Source: Syntrophaceae bacterium UBA6252 (GTDB lineage Bacteria > Desulfobacterota > Syntrophia > Syntrophales > UBA6807). Taken from it: a stretch of DNA of 64,000 bases. Under the pieces are notes generated by a model, which saw only the letters and a list, made by a program, of their open reading frames with translations, had not been told where the DNA came from and did no database searches. The stretch covers positions 57,575 through 121,574 of the forward strand of contig DJVQ01000045.1 of the NCBI GenBank assembly GCA_002441265.1. The letters run 5' to 3'. The position numbers and the translations under genes were made by a program. Shown here one piece after another: positions 36,389 to 45,157 of this stretch. How positions within the stretch are numbered: the first letter of the stretch is position 1; every line of letters begins with the position of its first letter.

Positions 36389-39187
36389 GTGAATTCGATC
36401 GCCGGCAGAATCGGTCTTTTCCTGTTCGTTTTTCTCATCCTCGGGGGAAACCTTGCGGGGTTCACCCTGCCGCCGAACGGGCTGGAGCTGGAGATACGAT
36501 CGGACCATGCCGACACGTGCCAGGTGTTCTTCGATACCGGGTCCGGCTTTTCCGAAAGCGAATCGGCAAAAGCGGTGTTTCCGGGGGACGAAAAGTTCCG
36601 GAAACTCCGTTTCCCCTATCCCGGAGGCAGGGTCGATTTCATTCGGATCGATCCGGGTACCCGGAAGGGCCCGTATTTCATCCGATCCCTCAGGCTGGTC
36701 CGGCGGGTGCCGATCCATGCGTTCTCCCCGGAGGAAATCACCGGAAACGCCTCCTTTCAGCAGATCCGGGATCTTCGATGGGAGGGAGGGGCCCTTCGCG
36801 TCGAAAGCACGGGAGACAACCCGGCGTTCCGGTTTCCCGTCGATCAGGAAGCCGTTCTCTCCGCATCGCGGAAGGCCGCGAGGATCTGGTGGAACCTTTG
36901 CCTCCTTCCGGCGTTCGTTCTCTTTCTTGCCCGGCGGCCGATCCTGTCCGTTGTGAAAAGATCGGGAGCCTCCGTCTTGCGACGATGGAAAACGATCCCT
37001 CTTCACAGGAAGACGGCGGCGGCGATCCTTCTCCTGTCCCCGCTTGCGCTTTTCGTGACCCTGCCCCTTCCCTTCAACGCCCTTGTCCTTACGGTGAAGG
37101 GGGGAGGGGAGGATCTTCTCCAGGTTTTTTACGACCGGGGGGAGGGATTCAATGAGAAGGATTCCTGCAAGTTCTACGTCAAAATGGACGAAACGCGGTT
37201 CAGGAAGCTCACCGTCCGGATTCCTTCCGGAACGGAGCGGATCCGGATCGATCCGGGGACTGCGTATCCTTCCTTCATGGAGTTCGGGTCCGTCGCCCTG
37301 AAATACGGGCTTCTCACCGTTCGTTCCTGGACGCCCCGGGAGATCGTCCGGGACTTCGTGCCGATCCGTGACATCCGGTCTTTCCAGGTTCATGACGGGG
37401 CCCTTCGCATCGAGACTTCGGGAAACGATTCCGGCTTCATGACCGCCGACAAACTTTCCCGTCTGACGGAAGGAGGGATCGGAGGGTACGCCTTCGCGTT
37501 TTTCCTCCTCCTGGGGGCCGCTCTTTTTTCCCTCGATTTCCTGAAAAGAAGGCTTCGGCCTTTCCTCGGACCGTTGCGCCGGATCGGCCTTGTCTTTGTC
37601 CTGGTGCCCACGCCGCTACTGCTCTTCGTGAGTTCGGCCAATTCCCTCTATCTGGGCAATCAGGAGCTTCTGGGACACCGGCTCTGGGTCCTCAAGCCCT
37701 TCGCGGCGGCCTTCGCGGCGGCCTTTTGCGCCGGTGCCCTGATCCTGGCGCTTCATCTCCTCCGGGGGAACCGGCTGACCCGGATTCTCCTGTGGGCCTA
37801 TTTCCTTCTCGGCCCCGCCTTTCTCGTGTTTCACGCCCTGAACGGGCCCTGTCCCTTCCTGGACACGATGCCCGGAACCCTCCTTCTTCTCGCCGTCTTC
37901 CTGGGCGCGGTTCCCTTTCTCCTCCGTTCCGTCGATCCCCGCCGGGTCTTTGTCTACTTCGCCTGCTTCGGCGCGCTCCTGGCCGTGTACGAGACGTTCA
38001 CGTTCCTGACGTCCGCCTCGCTTCCGCCGGCGCCCGCCGGTTCCGGCGCACCCGTCCGCCAGGAGGCGGCGGCCCCCTCCGGGGGGGCGGCGCGACCGAA
38101 CATCTACCATCTCGTTCTCGACGAGTTCCAGACGGACATGTTCGAAGCGGCCCTGACGGCCGAAGTCCGGGAGGCGCTTGCCGGATTCGTCTATTACCCG
38201 GCAAACGTCTCGAACTACGGGGGGACGGCGCTGTCCATTCCCTCCGTCTTTGCGGGGGGCCGGTTCGATCTCGGGAAGTCGCTGGACTATTACGAAAGGG
38301 CCTTCCGGAATGGGCCCTCCATGCTGATTCCCCTGAAAGACGCGGGCTACGAGCGCTACGGGTTCATGTTCATGGTCGACAAGTTCTACCCCCTGCCGCC
38401 GACCCTGTTCGATCACCTGACGGACCTGATGGACGAATCCCTTCTCGACAAGTACGGAAACGCGGGGGATACGTTCCGCACCCTCTGGGTGTACGCGAAC
38501 CTCCCCGGGTTCCTCTCCCGGATGCTGATCTCCCCGGACGACCTCCAGGCCCTTCAGAACCAGCAGGGCATGCCCGGCCATTTCGAACTCATTTCCCTGC
38601 ACACCTTCATGAACTTCATGGGGATCGAAAAATTCCTGCCGGACCGGAACCGGTACACCTTCATCCATGTCATGCTTCCCCATGCCCCGTACATCCTTTC
38701 CGCCGACTGTTCCTACTGCATCGGGAAAAAGGGGCTTCAGAGAACGTCTTCCGGTGAACAGGCCCGGTGCGCGATGAAGCTCGTCGGCGAGTTCCTCGGG
38801 ACGCTGAAGGCGCTGGGCCGTTTCGACGACGCCATGATCGTCATTCACGCCGATCACGGAAGGAGGGAAAACCTCAAGGATATCGAATCCATGGAGCTGG
38901 CCCGGAACGCTTCGAGCGCCCTCCTTCTCGTGAAACCGGCGGGAAGGAGCGCAGGAACGCCGTTCGAAACGTCGGCCGCGGAAACCATGCTTCTGGACGT
39001 ACCGGCGACGATTCTCCGGGGCGCCGGCATCCCGCTTGCGCCGTCGTTCGAGGGCCGATCCCTTCTTGATTCCCGGTCCTTTACGGAAAACAGGACGAGA
39101 ACGTTCATGATCTACGATAACAAGGAATTCGTCTGTTACAGGATCGAGAATGGACGGCTGGTACGGGACGCCGTGGTTTCCCGCTGA
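36389..39187 (+). CDS. Large membrane protein with duplicated periplasmic beta domains and C-terminal sulfatase/LTA-synthase-like transferase domain
   Basis: GGAGG RBS and GTG 36389. Duplicated QVF(F/Y)D.G.GF...RIDPGT module; PNIYHLVLDE, HVMLPHAPY and IVIHADHG alkaline-phosphatase-superfamily motifs. Confidence 0.75.
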   Translation: MNSIAGRIGLFLFVFLILGGNLAGFTLPPNGLELEIRSDHADTCQVFFDTGSGFSESESAKAVFPGDEKFRKLRFPYPGGRVDFIRIDPGTRKGPYFIRSLRLVRRVPIHAFSPEEITGNASFQQIRDLRWEGGALRVESTGDNPAFRFPVDQEAVLSASRKAARIWWNLCLLPAFVLFLARRPILSVVKRSGASVLRRWKTIPLHRKTAAAILLLSPLALFVTLPLPFNALVLTVKGGGEDLLQVFYDRGEGFNEKDSCKFYVKMDETRFRKLTVRIPSGTERIRIDPGTAYPSFMEFGSVALKYGLLTVRSWTPREIVRDFVPIRDIRSFQVHDGALRIETSGNDSGFMTADKLSRLTEGGIGGYAFAFFLLLGAALFSLDFLKRRLRPFLGPLRRIGLVFVLVPTPLLLFVSSANSLYLGNQELLGHRLWVLKPFAAAFAAAFCAGALILALHLLRGNRLTRILLWAYFLLGPAFLVFHALNGPCPFLDTMPGTLLLLAVFLGAVPFLLRSVDPRRVFVYFACFGALLAVYETFTFLTSASLPPAPAGSGAPVRQEAAAPSGGAARPNIYHLVLDEFQTDMFEAALTAEVREALAGFVYYPANVSNYGGTALSIPSVFAGGRFDLGKSLDYYERAFRNGPSMLIPLKDAGYERYGFMFMVDKFYPLPPTLFDHLTDLMDESLLDKYGNAGDTFRTLWVYANLPGFLSRMLISPDDLQALQNQQGMPGHFELISLHTFMNFMGIEKFLPDRNRYTFIHVMLPHAPYILSADCSYCIGKKGLQRTSSGEQARCAMKLVGEFLGTLKALGRFDDAMIVIHADHGRRENLKDIESMELARNASSALLLVKPAGRSAGTPFETSAAETMLLDVPATILRGAGIPLAPSFEGRSLLDSRSFTENRTRTFMIYDNKEFVCYRIENGRLVRDAVVSR

Positions 39188-39374
39188 GGCCCGGCCGGGG
39201 CGGCGGCTCCCCCGTTCCGGCGGCCGGGAAAGGACGGTTCCATTGAAATTAGGGCTTTGCTTTCAGGCAAAAAATTGGTAAACCGGGCCTTATACTTCAG
39301 CGGCCTGTTCCCGGTTTTCGCCGGGGAAGGGGGCAGGTCCTCTTCGCGCAAATCCACCATGGGAGGAAGGAAAG

Positions 39375-39605
39375 ATGTGGAAAAGAAGGATTCTTGGAAT
39401 AACCGTCTTCGGACTTCTTTCCCCGCTCTTTCCGGGGGTCGCCTTTGCCTATCTCGATCCCGGAACGGGGAGCATGATCATCCAGGGCGTCCTGGCCGCC
39501 GTGGCTGCCGTGGGGGTTTCCCTGGGGGTCTTCTGGAAGAGGCTGAAAACCCTTTTCGGAGCGAAAAAGAGCGGGCCGGCGGAGCGCGATGGGGATGAAA
39601 ACTGA
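39375..39605 (+). CDS. Small membrane protein with YLDPGTGS motif
   Basis: GGAGG/AGGA RBS, signal-like N-terminus, AYLDPGTGSMIIQ, one TM helix and a basic tail. Confidence 0.7.
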   Translation: MWKRRILGITVFGLLSPLFPGVAFAYLDPGTGSMIIQGVLAAVAAVGVSLGVFWKRLKTLFGAKKSGPAERDGDEN

Positions 39606-40977
39606 TTCCGGTTCCTTCCGCGACCCCTCGGGAACCGTTTTCACGAGGAACGGGGAGGTCCTCCGGGCCGTGTTCGCGCCCGGCGCGGAAAGCTACGCCA
39701 GGGCGAAGGAAAAGGGGATCTTCGAACGCCTGTCACGAAAAGGGCTCCTGGTTCCACATGTGGAAATCGAACCCGGCGGCGAAGGCGTTCCCGAGGGAAC
39801 CGTTTTCTGCCTGGCCCATCCCAGGCTTCCCATGGTGAGCTACCCCTGGGAATGGACCTTCTCCATGCTGAAGGATGCGGCCCTGCTCCACATCGACCTC
39901 ATGGAGGAACTCCTCCCCCTGGGATTCTGGCTGAGGGACGCCAGCGCGTTCAACGTCCAGTTCGACGGCAAAAAGGTCCTGCTCATCGACACCCTGTCCC
40001 TTGGAGAGCGGGTTCCGGACAGTCCCTGGGTGGCTTACCGCCAGTTCTGTTCCCATTTTCTCGCTCCCCTCGCCCTCGCGGCGTACCGGGACGTCCGGAC
40101 GCTGGCCCTCTGGCGGAATTACATCGACGGGTATCCCCTGGACCTGGCCGTCCGGATGCTTCCCTGGAAGGCCCGGTACCGGCCGGGGTTGTGGATGCAC
40201 CTGACCCTGCACGCCTCTTTCCAGAAAAAGGCCGACCGGAAGGAGGACCTCGGGGGGGCGGAGGCGGTGAAAACGCCGAAGGTGAGCGACCAGGGCCTGA
40301 CGGGGCTCGTCCGCTCCCTGAGAAGAACCGTGGAGAAGCTCCGGTGGCGTGAAGGGGAAAGTCTCTGGAAGGCCTACGGGGAGATCCGGACTTACAGCTC
40401 GGAGGACGTGGGGGACAAGGCAACGTTCGTGTCCGGGGCCCTCGATGCCGTGAAACCCGAAACGGTCTGGGACCTCGGGGCGAACACCGGGGAATTTTCG
40501 GAGCTGGCGGCCTCACGGGGGGCTTTCGTCGCCGCGGTCGACAGCGACGCCGCCTGCACGGAATTCATGTACGGGAAGCTGACGGGAGAGAAGGGGCTGC
40601 CCGTCCTGCCCCTGACGATGGATCTTGCCAATCCCTCCCCCGGACTGGGCTGGGAGGGTTCGGAGCGGCCCGGCCTCGCGGACCGGGGACCGGCGGATCT
40701 TGTCCTCGCCCTCGCCCTGCTTCACCACCTCGTCCTGACGGGTTCCATCCCCTTCGAAAGGATCGCCCGCTGGCTCGCGCGGATCTCCCGGCACCTGGTC
40801 GTCGAGTTCGTGCCGCCGGAAGATCCCATGGTGAAAAAACTGCTCCGGAACCGGAAGGACGGCCACCTGCCCTATGACGGAGAGACGTTTCGGGGGGCGT
40901 TTGGCCGGCTGTTCACGTTTCTCGGGGAGAAGGCGCTGCCCAACGGCCGCAGCCTCTTCCTCTGCCGGAAAAAATGA
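39595..40977 (+). CDS. NoeA-like protein (kinase-like N-domain plus SAM methyltransferase C-domain)
   Basis: SGSFRDPSG, SYPWEWTFSMLKDAAL, RDASAFNVQF, IDTLS, WDLGANTGEFS, DLANPSPGLGW and LALLHHL motifs; start at ATG 39589 or 39595. Confidence 0.75.
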   Translation: MKTDSGSFRDPSGTVFTRNGEVLRAVFAPGAESYARAKEKGIFERLSRKGLLVPHVEIEPGGEGVPEGTVFCLAHPRLPMVSYPWEWTFSMLKDAALLHIDLMEELLPLGFWLRDASAFNVQFDGKKVLLIDTLSLGERVPDSPWVAYRQFCSHFLAPLALAAYRDVRTLALWRNYIDGYPLDLAVRMLPWKARYRPGLWMHLTLHASFQKKADRKEDLGGAEAVKTPKVSDQGLTGLVRSLRRTVEKLRWREGESLWKAYGEIRTYSSEDVGDKATFVSGALDAVKPETVWDLGANTGEFSELAASRGAFVAAVDSDAACTEFMYGKLTGEKGLPVLPLTMDLANPSPGLGWEGSERPGLADRGPADLVLALALLHHLVLTGSIPFERIARWLARISRHLVVEFVPPEDPMVKKLLRNRKDGHLPYDGETFRGAFGRLFTFLGEKALPNGRSLFLCRKK

Positions 40978-41110
40978 CGGCTTCGCAAAAGGCTTCCATG
41001 CCGCGTCGCGCTTCATCCCCCGTTCCCGCGGCGTACGCTCCGTATGCCCCGGTCCCCGGGATGCGGCCGCCGCGCCTTTGGGGCTTTTTCCCCTGCCGTT
41101 CGAAAATGCG
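40975..41110 (+). repeat. Dispersed ~130-bp intergenic repeat
   Basis: TGACGGCTTCGCAAAAGG...TTTTTCCCCTGCCGTTCGAAAATGCG; shares both termini with the inverted copy at 56598-56733. Confidence 0.6.
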
Positions 41111-41175
41111 TCATCCCGGCGTCTTGCACGTTCGGGAGGAATGACTTCCGCCTTGGAAGGACGTCCGGAGACTCC

Positions 41176-42189
41176 ATGGATTCTCCATCCGTGTCGGTGA
41201 TCGTCACAAACTGGAACGGGAAGCACCTGCTTCCCCTGTGCCTGGAGAGCCTCCGGGGCCAGCGGTTCCGGTCCTTTCGGACGCTCCTCGTGGACAACGG
41301 TTCCACCGACGGTTCCGTCGATTTCGTCCGGCGCCGGTATCCCGAGGTCGCGGTGATTTCCCTGCCCCGCAACACCGGGTTCGCCGTGGCCAACAACCGG
41401 GCTCTCGAGACCGTCTCGACGCCCTATGCGGCGCTCCTGAACAACGACGCCGAGGCGGACCCCCTCTGGCTTCTGAGCCTTGTGGATGCTCTGGAGCGCC
41501 ATCCCCCGGCGGGATTCGCCGCTTCGAAAATGGTTTTCCTGGACAGGCCGGCCACGGTGGACCGCGCCGGAGACGGGTACACCGTTGCGGGAGCGGCCGT
41601 ACTCCGGGGAAGGGGCGCGCCGTCGGAGGCCTATTCCCGGGAGGAGTGGGTCTTCGGGGCCTGCGCCGGCGCGGCGTTGTACCGCATGTCCATGCTCCGG
41701 GAGATCGGATTTTTCGACGAGGACTTCTTTATCCTCTGCGAAGACGTGGACCTGAGCTTCCGGGCCCAGCTTCGGGGATACCGGTGCATCTTCGTGCCCG
41801 GTGCGGTGGTACGCCACGGGTGGGCCTCCACCATCGGCCGGGATTCGCCTCCGTCGGTTTTTTACGGCCACCGGAATGTGGAATGGGTGTACGTGAAAAA
41901 CATGCCGTCCCGGTTGATATTTCGTACTATCCTTCCACACGTGATCTATGATATAGCAGCCTTTCTGTATTTTCTGATTCGCGGCCGTGGAGGGGTTTTT
42001 GCAAAAGCCAAGATGGAAGCCCTCGGGGGACTGGGGAAGATGTGGGCGAAACGGCGGAGAATTCAGCGGTTGAGATCGGTTCCGGAGGGCGATCTTTGGA
42101 AAAGCATGGACAGGGAGATGTTCTGGAAAAGACGGATCGCCGCGGGAAGACCGGAAAAACGCGGAACCGGCGCGGAGGGGGAGGCTTGA
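41176..42189 (+). CDS. GT2 glycosyltransferase (rhamnosyltransferase-like)
   Basis: GGAG RBS and ATG 41176; VTNWNG, VDNGSTDGS, NTGFAVANN, LLNND and EDVDLSFRA motifs. Confidence 0.88.
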   Translation: MDSPSVSVIVTNWNGKHLLPLCLESLRGQRFRSFRTLLVDNGSTDGSVDFVRRRYPEVAVISLPRNTGFAVANNRALETVSTPYAALLNNDAEADPLWLLSLVDALERHPPAGFAASKMVFLDRPATVDRAGDGYTVAGAAVLRGRGAPSEAYSREEWVFGACAGAALYRMSMLREIGFFDEDFFILCEDVDLSFRAQLRGYRCIFVPGAVVRHGWASTIGRDSPPSVFYGHRNVEWVYVKNMPSRLIFRTILPHVIYDIAAFLYFLIRGRGGVFAKAKMEALGGLGKMWAKRRRIQRLRSVPEGDLWKSMDREMFWKRRIAAGRPEKRGTGAEGEA

Positions 42190-42194
42190 ACGTC

Positions 42195-43097
42195 ATGGCG
42201 GACCCTTCGGCGAAAAAAACGAACGGAACCTTCCCCCCGGTCGATGTAGTCATCGTGAATTACAACAGCACCGATTACCTTCTTTCCTGCATCCGGTCGA
42301 TCTACCGGGTGAACAACGGGAATTCCCTCAACATTTACGTGGAGGACAACGGGTCCGTCGACGGCGTCGAACGGGTGTCCCGGGAATGGGGGGACGTGAA
42401 CCTCTCCATCAAGGAATCCAACGAGGGCTATTCCCGTTCCGTCAACGACGGGCTGAAAAAAAGCCGGGCCCCCTATGTCGTTCTGCTGAACCCGGACACG
42501 GTCCTCAATCCCGGCTTCTTCGGAAAGGTGATTCGCTGCATGGAGGAGGACCCGGCCATCGGGGTTCTCGGGCCCAGGATCCTGAATCCCGACGGGACGA
42601 TCCAGGGGTCGGCAAGGTCGTATCCCACGGCGCTGACGGCCCTTTTCGGCCGGAATTCCCTTCTGACCCGCTGGTTTCCGGACAATCCCATTTCCCGGAG
42701 GAACATGCTTCACTTCCGCTCGGACGGGAAGACCCCCATGGCGGTCGACTGGGTGTCCGGGGCCTGCATGGTCGTCCGGAAGGAGGCGCTGGAGCGGGTC
42801 GGCGTTCTGGACGAGCGTTTTTTCATGTACTGGGAAGATGTGGACCTCTGCAGGAGGATGGGAGACGGTGGATGGAAGGTCGTCTATTATCCAGAGCCCG
42901 CCGTGGTGCATCATGTGGGCGGAAGCAGCGGGAAACTTCTTTTCCGTTCCGTCTATGAATTCCACAAGAGCTGTTACCGCCTGGTCATGAAGAACTCCCG
43001 AATTCCCGAAGGAATCCTGGCTCCCGTACTGCTCTCCCTTCTTGCGGCCCGGCTTGGCGCGGTGCTCCTGTACCACGCCGTCATGAACAGGAAATAA
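42195..43097 (+). CDS. GT2 glycosyltransferase (WbbL-like)
   Basis: IVNYNS, DNGS, LLNPD, VDWVSGAC and FFMYWEDVDLC motifs. Confidence 0.88.
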   Translation: MADPSAKKTNGTFPPVDVVIVNYNSTDYLLSCIRSIYRVNNGNSLNIYVEDNGSVDGVERVSREWGDVNLSIKESNEGYSRSVNDGLKKSRAPYVVLLNPDTVLNPGFFGKVIRCMEEDPAIGVLGPRILNPDGTIQGSARSYPTALTALFGRNSLLTRWFPDNPISRRNMLHFRSDGKTPMAVDWVSGACMVVRKEALERVGVLDERFFMYWEDVDLCRRMGDGGWKVVYYPEPAVVHHVGGSSGKLLFRSVYEFHKSCYRLVMKNSRIPEGILAPVLLSLLAARLGAVLLYHAVMNRK

Positions 43098-43114
43098 CCC
43101 TTCACGGACGGCCC

Positions 43115-44068
43115 ATGCGAATCCTCATCACCGGCGGCAGCGGATTCATCGGAAGCCTTCTCTGCAGGACCCTCTCCCCCCGTTTCGAAGTGACGGGCAC
43201 CTTCCTCCGCCATGCGCCGGGAGGGCCGCCGCCCGTCCGCTGGAGGCGTCTCGACGTGCTCGACCCGGCCTCCGTGGAACGTCTTTTCCGGGAAGTCGCT
43301 CCCGATGCCGTCATCCACTGCGCCGGGGTGAAGCGGGTGCCCCTGTTCGGAAAGAACCGGGACCTCCCCCGCCGGGTGAACGGAGGGGCGACGGAACTCC
43401 TGGGGTTCCAGGCGGGCCGTTTCAATCCGCGGTGCCTGTTCGTCTACCTTTCATCGGTTTCCGTGTACGGCCCGGGACACCCGGAGAGGTCCCTGAGGGA
43501 GGAGGACCCCTGCCGTCCCGCCGGAATGAGCGGAACGAGCAAACTCGAGGGCGAAAGAAGTCTCCGCTCCCTCGTCGAGCGCGGGATGCTTCAGAATGTT
43601 CTGGTCCTCAGGCTCGCTCCCTGCTATGACAGAACCTGGACACGGAACCTGGAACGGAGGATTCTTCTTCCCGGCGGCTTCTCCTATGTCCGCTACGGTT
43701 CGGGGGAACAGAGGATGTCCGCCCTGTCCAGGGACAACGTGGCCGACTGGATGGAGTTCGTCCTCGCCGGGAGGGACCGGTTCGGGGGGTTCCAGGTGTA
43801 CAACCTCTGTGACGAGAGGCCCTATTCGTTCAACGAGATGATCCGGATTTTCAGGGAATCGGGCCGGAAGACCCCTTGCCCCGACCTTTCCGTACCCCCG
43901 GGGCTGCTCCACCGGTTTTACGCCCTGGCGAAGGCCTGGCCGCGGGAAGGCCGGGTTTCGCTGCGTTCATACGCGGAAAAAATCTGCCGGGACATGGTGT
44001 ATGCCGGTGAAAAGATGCTCGGAACGGGGTTCCGTCCCGTGCACAGCCTGGAAACGGTGCTTCGATAA
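43115..44068 (+). CDS. NAD-dependent epimerase/reductase (SDR) with atypical catalytic motif
   Basis: ITGGSGFIG, IHCAG and LSSVSVYG present; the expected YxxxK reads SGTSK. Confidence 0.75.
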   Translation: MRILITGGSGFIGSLLCRTLSPRFEVTGTFLRHAPGGPPPVRWRRLDVLDPASVERLFREVAPDAVIHCAGVKRVPLFGKNRDLPRRVNGGATELLGFQAGRFNPRCLFVYLSSVSVYGPGHPERSLREEDPCRPAGMSGTSKLEGERSLRSLVERGMLQNVLVLRLAPCYDRTWTRNLERRILLPGGFSYVRYGSGEQRMSALSRDNVADWMEFVLAGRDRFGGFQVYNLCDERPYSFNEMIRIFRESGRKTPCPDLSVPPGLLHRFYALAKAWPREGRVSLRSYAEKICRDMVYAGEKMLGTGFRPVHSLETVLR

Positions 44069-44071
44069 GCC

Positions 44072-45064
44072 ATGACCGAAATCGCCCTGTACCTTCTGTG
44101 CATCACCCTGAGTTCCATGGGGGGGCTCCTGGTCATGCGGTTCGCCCGGAACGGGCGCATGGTGGACATTCCCGGGGAAAGGAGTTCCCACAAGGAGCCC
44201 GTGCCCACCGGCGGGGGCATCGGAATCCTCACGGCGTTCCTCTTTTCCGCGGTCCTTCTCCGGTTTCCCCCCGGCCTGTGGTTCCCCCCGGCGATTCTGG
44301 CCCTGGTCAGCCTGTACGGGGACTGGTTCCGGCTCACCCCGCTCTTTCGCCTGGCCATCCAGTTCCTGGCGGTCATCATCTTTCTCTTTTCCCTCTATCC
44401 CCTCGTGGGCGCGGGTTCCGGTCCGTTGCTTCTCCCGCTCCTGGCGGTCTTCTTCGCCGTATACATCGTGGGGACGGCCAATTTTTTCAATTTCATGGAC
44501 GGAATCGACGGCATGCTGGTCACAAGTGGCGTGATCGCATTCGGATTCCTCGCCGTTTTCATCGTCGCCGAGAGCCGCGGCATTCTTTTTCTGAAGCTGT
44601 CCCTCTCCATGGCGGCGGCGTGCCTGGGATTCCTCCCCCTCAATTTCCCGAGGGCCAAGGTGTTTCCCGGGGACGTGGGAAGCATTCTCATCGGATTTCT
44701 TTACGGCGGCCTGGTGGTGATTCTTTCGAAAACCCTCCTCGACTTCGTCGTTCTTGCAGGCTTCGCCGGCCTCCTTTATGCCGACGTGCTGACGACCCTT
44801 TTCATCCGATGGAAGGACAGGGAAAACCTGCTGCTCGCCCACCGGCGACACCTGTACCAGATCCTGGCGAACGAGAACGGCATGTCCCACTGGAAGGTCA
44901 CCCTTCTGTACGGTGTGGTGCAGCTCGTACTGGGGGCGGTTCTTTTCGTGCTGAAGCCCTACGGGCTCGTTCCGGTGGTGATTTTTCTCGCATTGTTTTT
45001 CATCGCTTTCGTAGCGTTCAGCCTTCGCCAGAGGAGAAAATCCGTGGCGGCGGCGGAGGCGTGA
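44072..45064 (+). CDS. Polyprenyl-phosphate N-acetylhexosamine-1-phosphate transferase (MraY/WecA/WbpL family)
   Basis: RSSHKEPVPTGGG, NFFNFMDGIDG, FPGDVGS and AHRRHLYQ motifs. Confidence 0.9.
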   Translation: MTEIALYLLCITLSSMGGLLVMRFARNGRMVDIPGERSSHKEPVPTGGGIGILTAFLFSAVLLRFPPGLWFPPAILALVSLYGDWFRLTPLFRLAIQFLAVIIFLFSLYPLVGAGSGPLLLPLLAVFFAVYIVGTANFFNFMDGIDGMLVTSGVIAFGFLAVFIVAESRGILFLKLSLSMAAACLGFLPLNFPRAKVFPGDVGSILIGFLYGGLVVILSKTLLDFVVLAGFAGLLYADVLTTLFIRWKDRENLLLAHRRHLYQILANENGMSHWKVTLLYGVVQLVLGAVLFVLKPYGLVPVVIFLALFFIAFVAFSLRQRRKSVAAAEA

Positions 45065-45091
45065 CGGAATGCCGCGGTTCCCTCGGGGGCT

Positions 45092-45114
45092 GTAGTCCGA
45101 CCCTTCAGGGTCGG
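45092..45114 (+). repeat. Single GTAG-type REP palindrome
   Basis: GTAGTCCGACCCTTCAGGGTCGG; same GTAGT-stem-TTCA-stem layout as 27417. Confidence 0.6.
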
Positions 45115-45157
45115 TTTCAGATGAATCGTGATTGAAGCGCAAAATAAGGACTGTGTC

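Noticed and set aside
35115..36392. 425-aa ORF overlapping the acyltransferase
   Set aside because: Only the first 31 codons are acyltransferase-like (duplicated start); the rest is an Arg/Pro/Gly-rich alternative frame.
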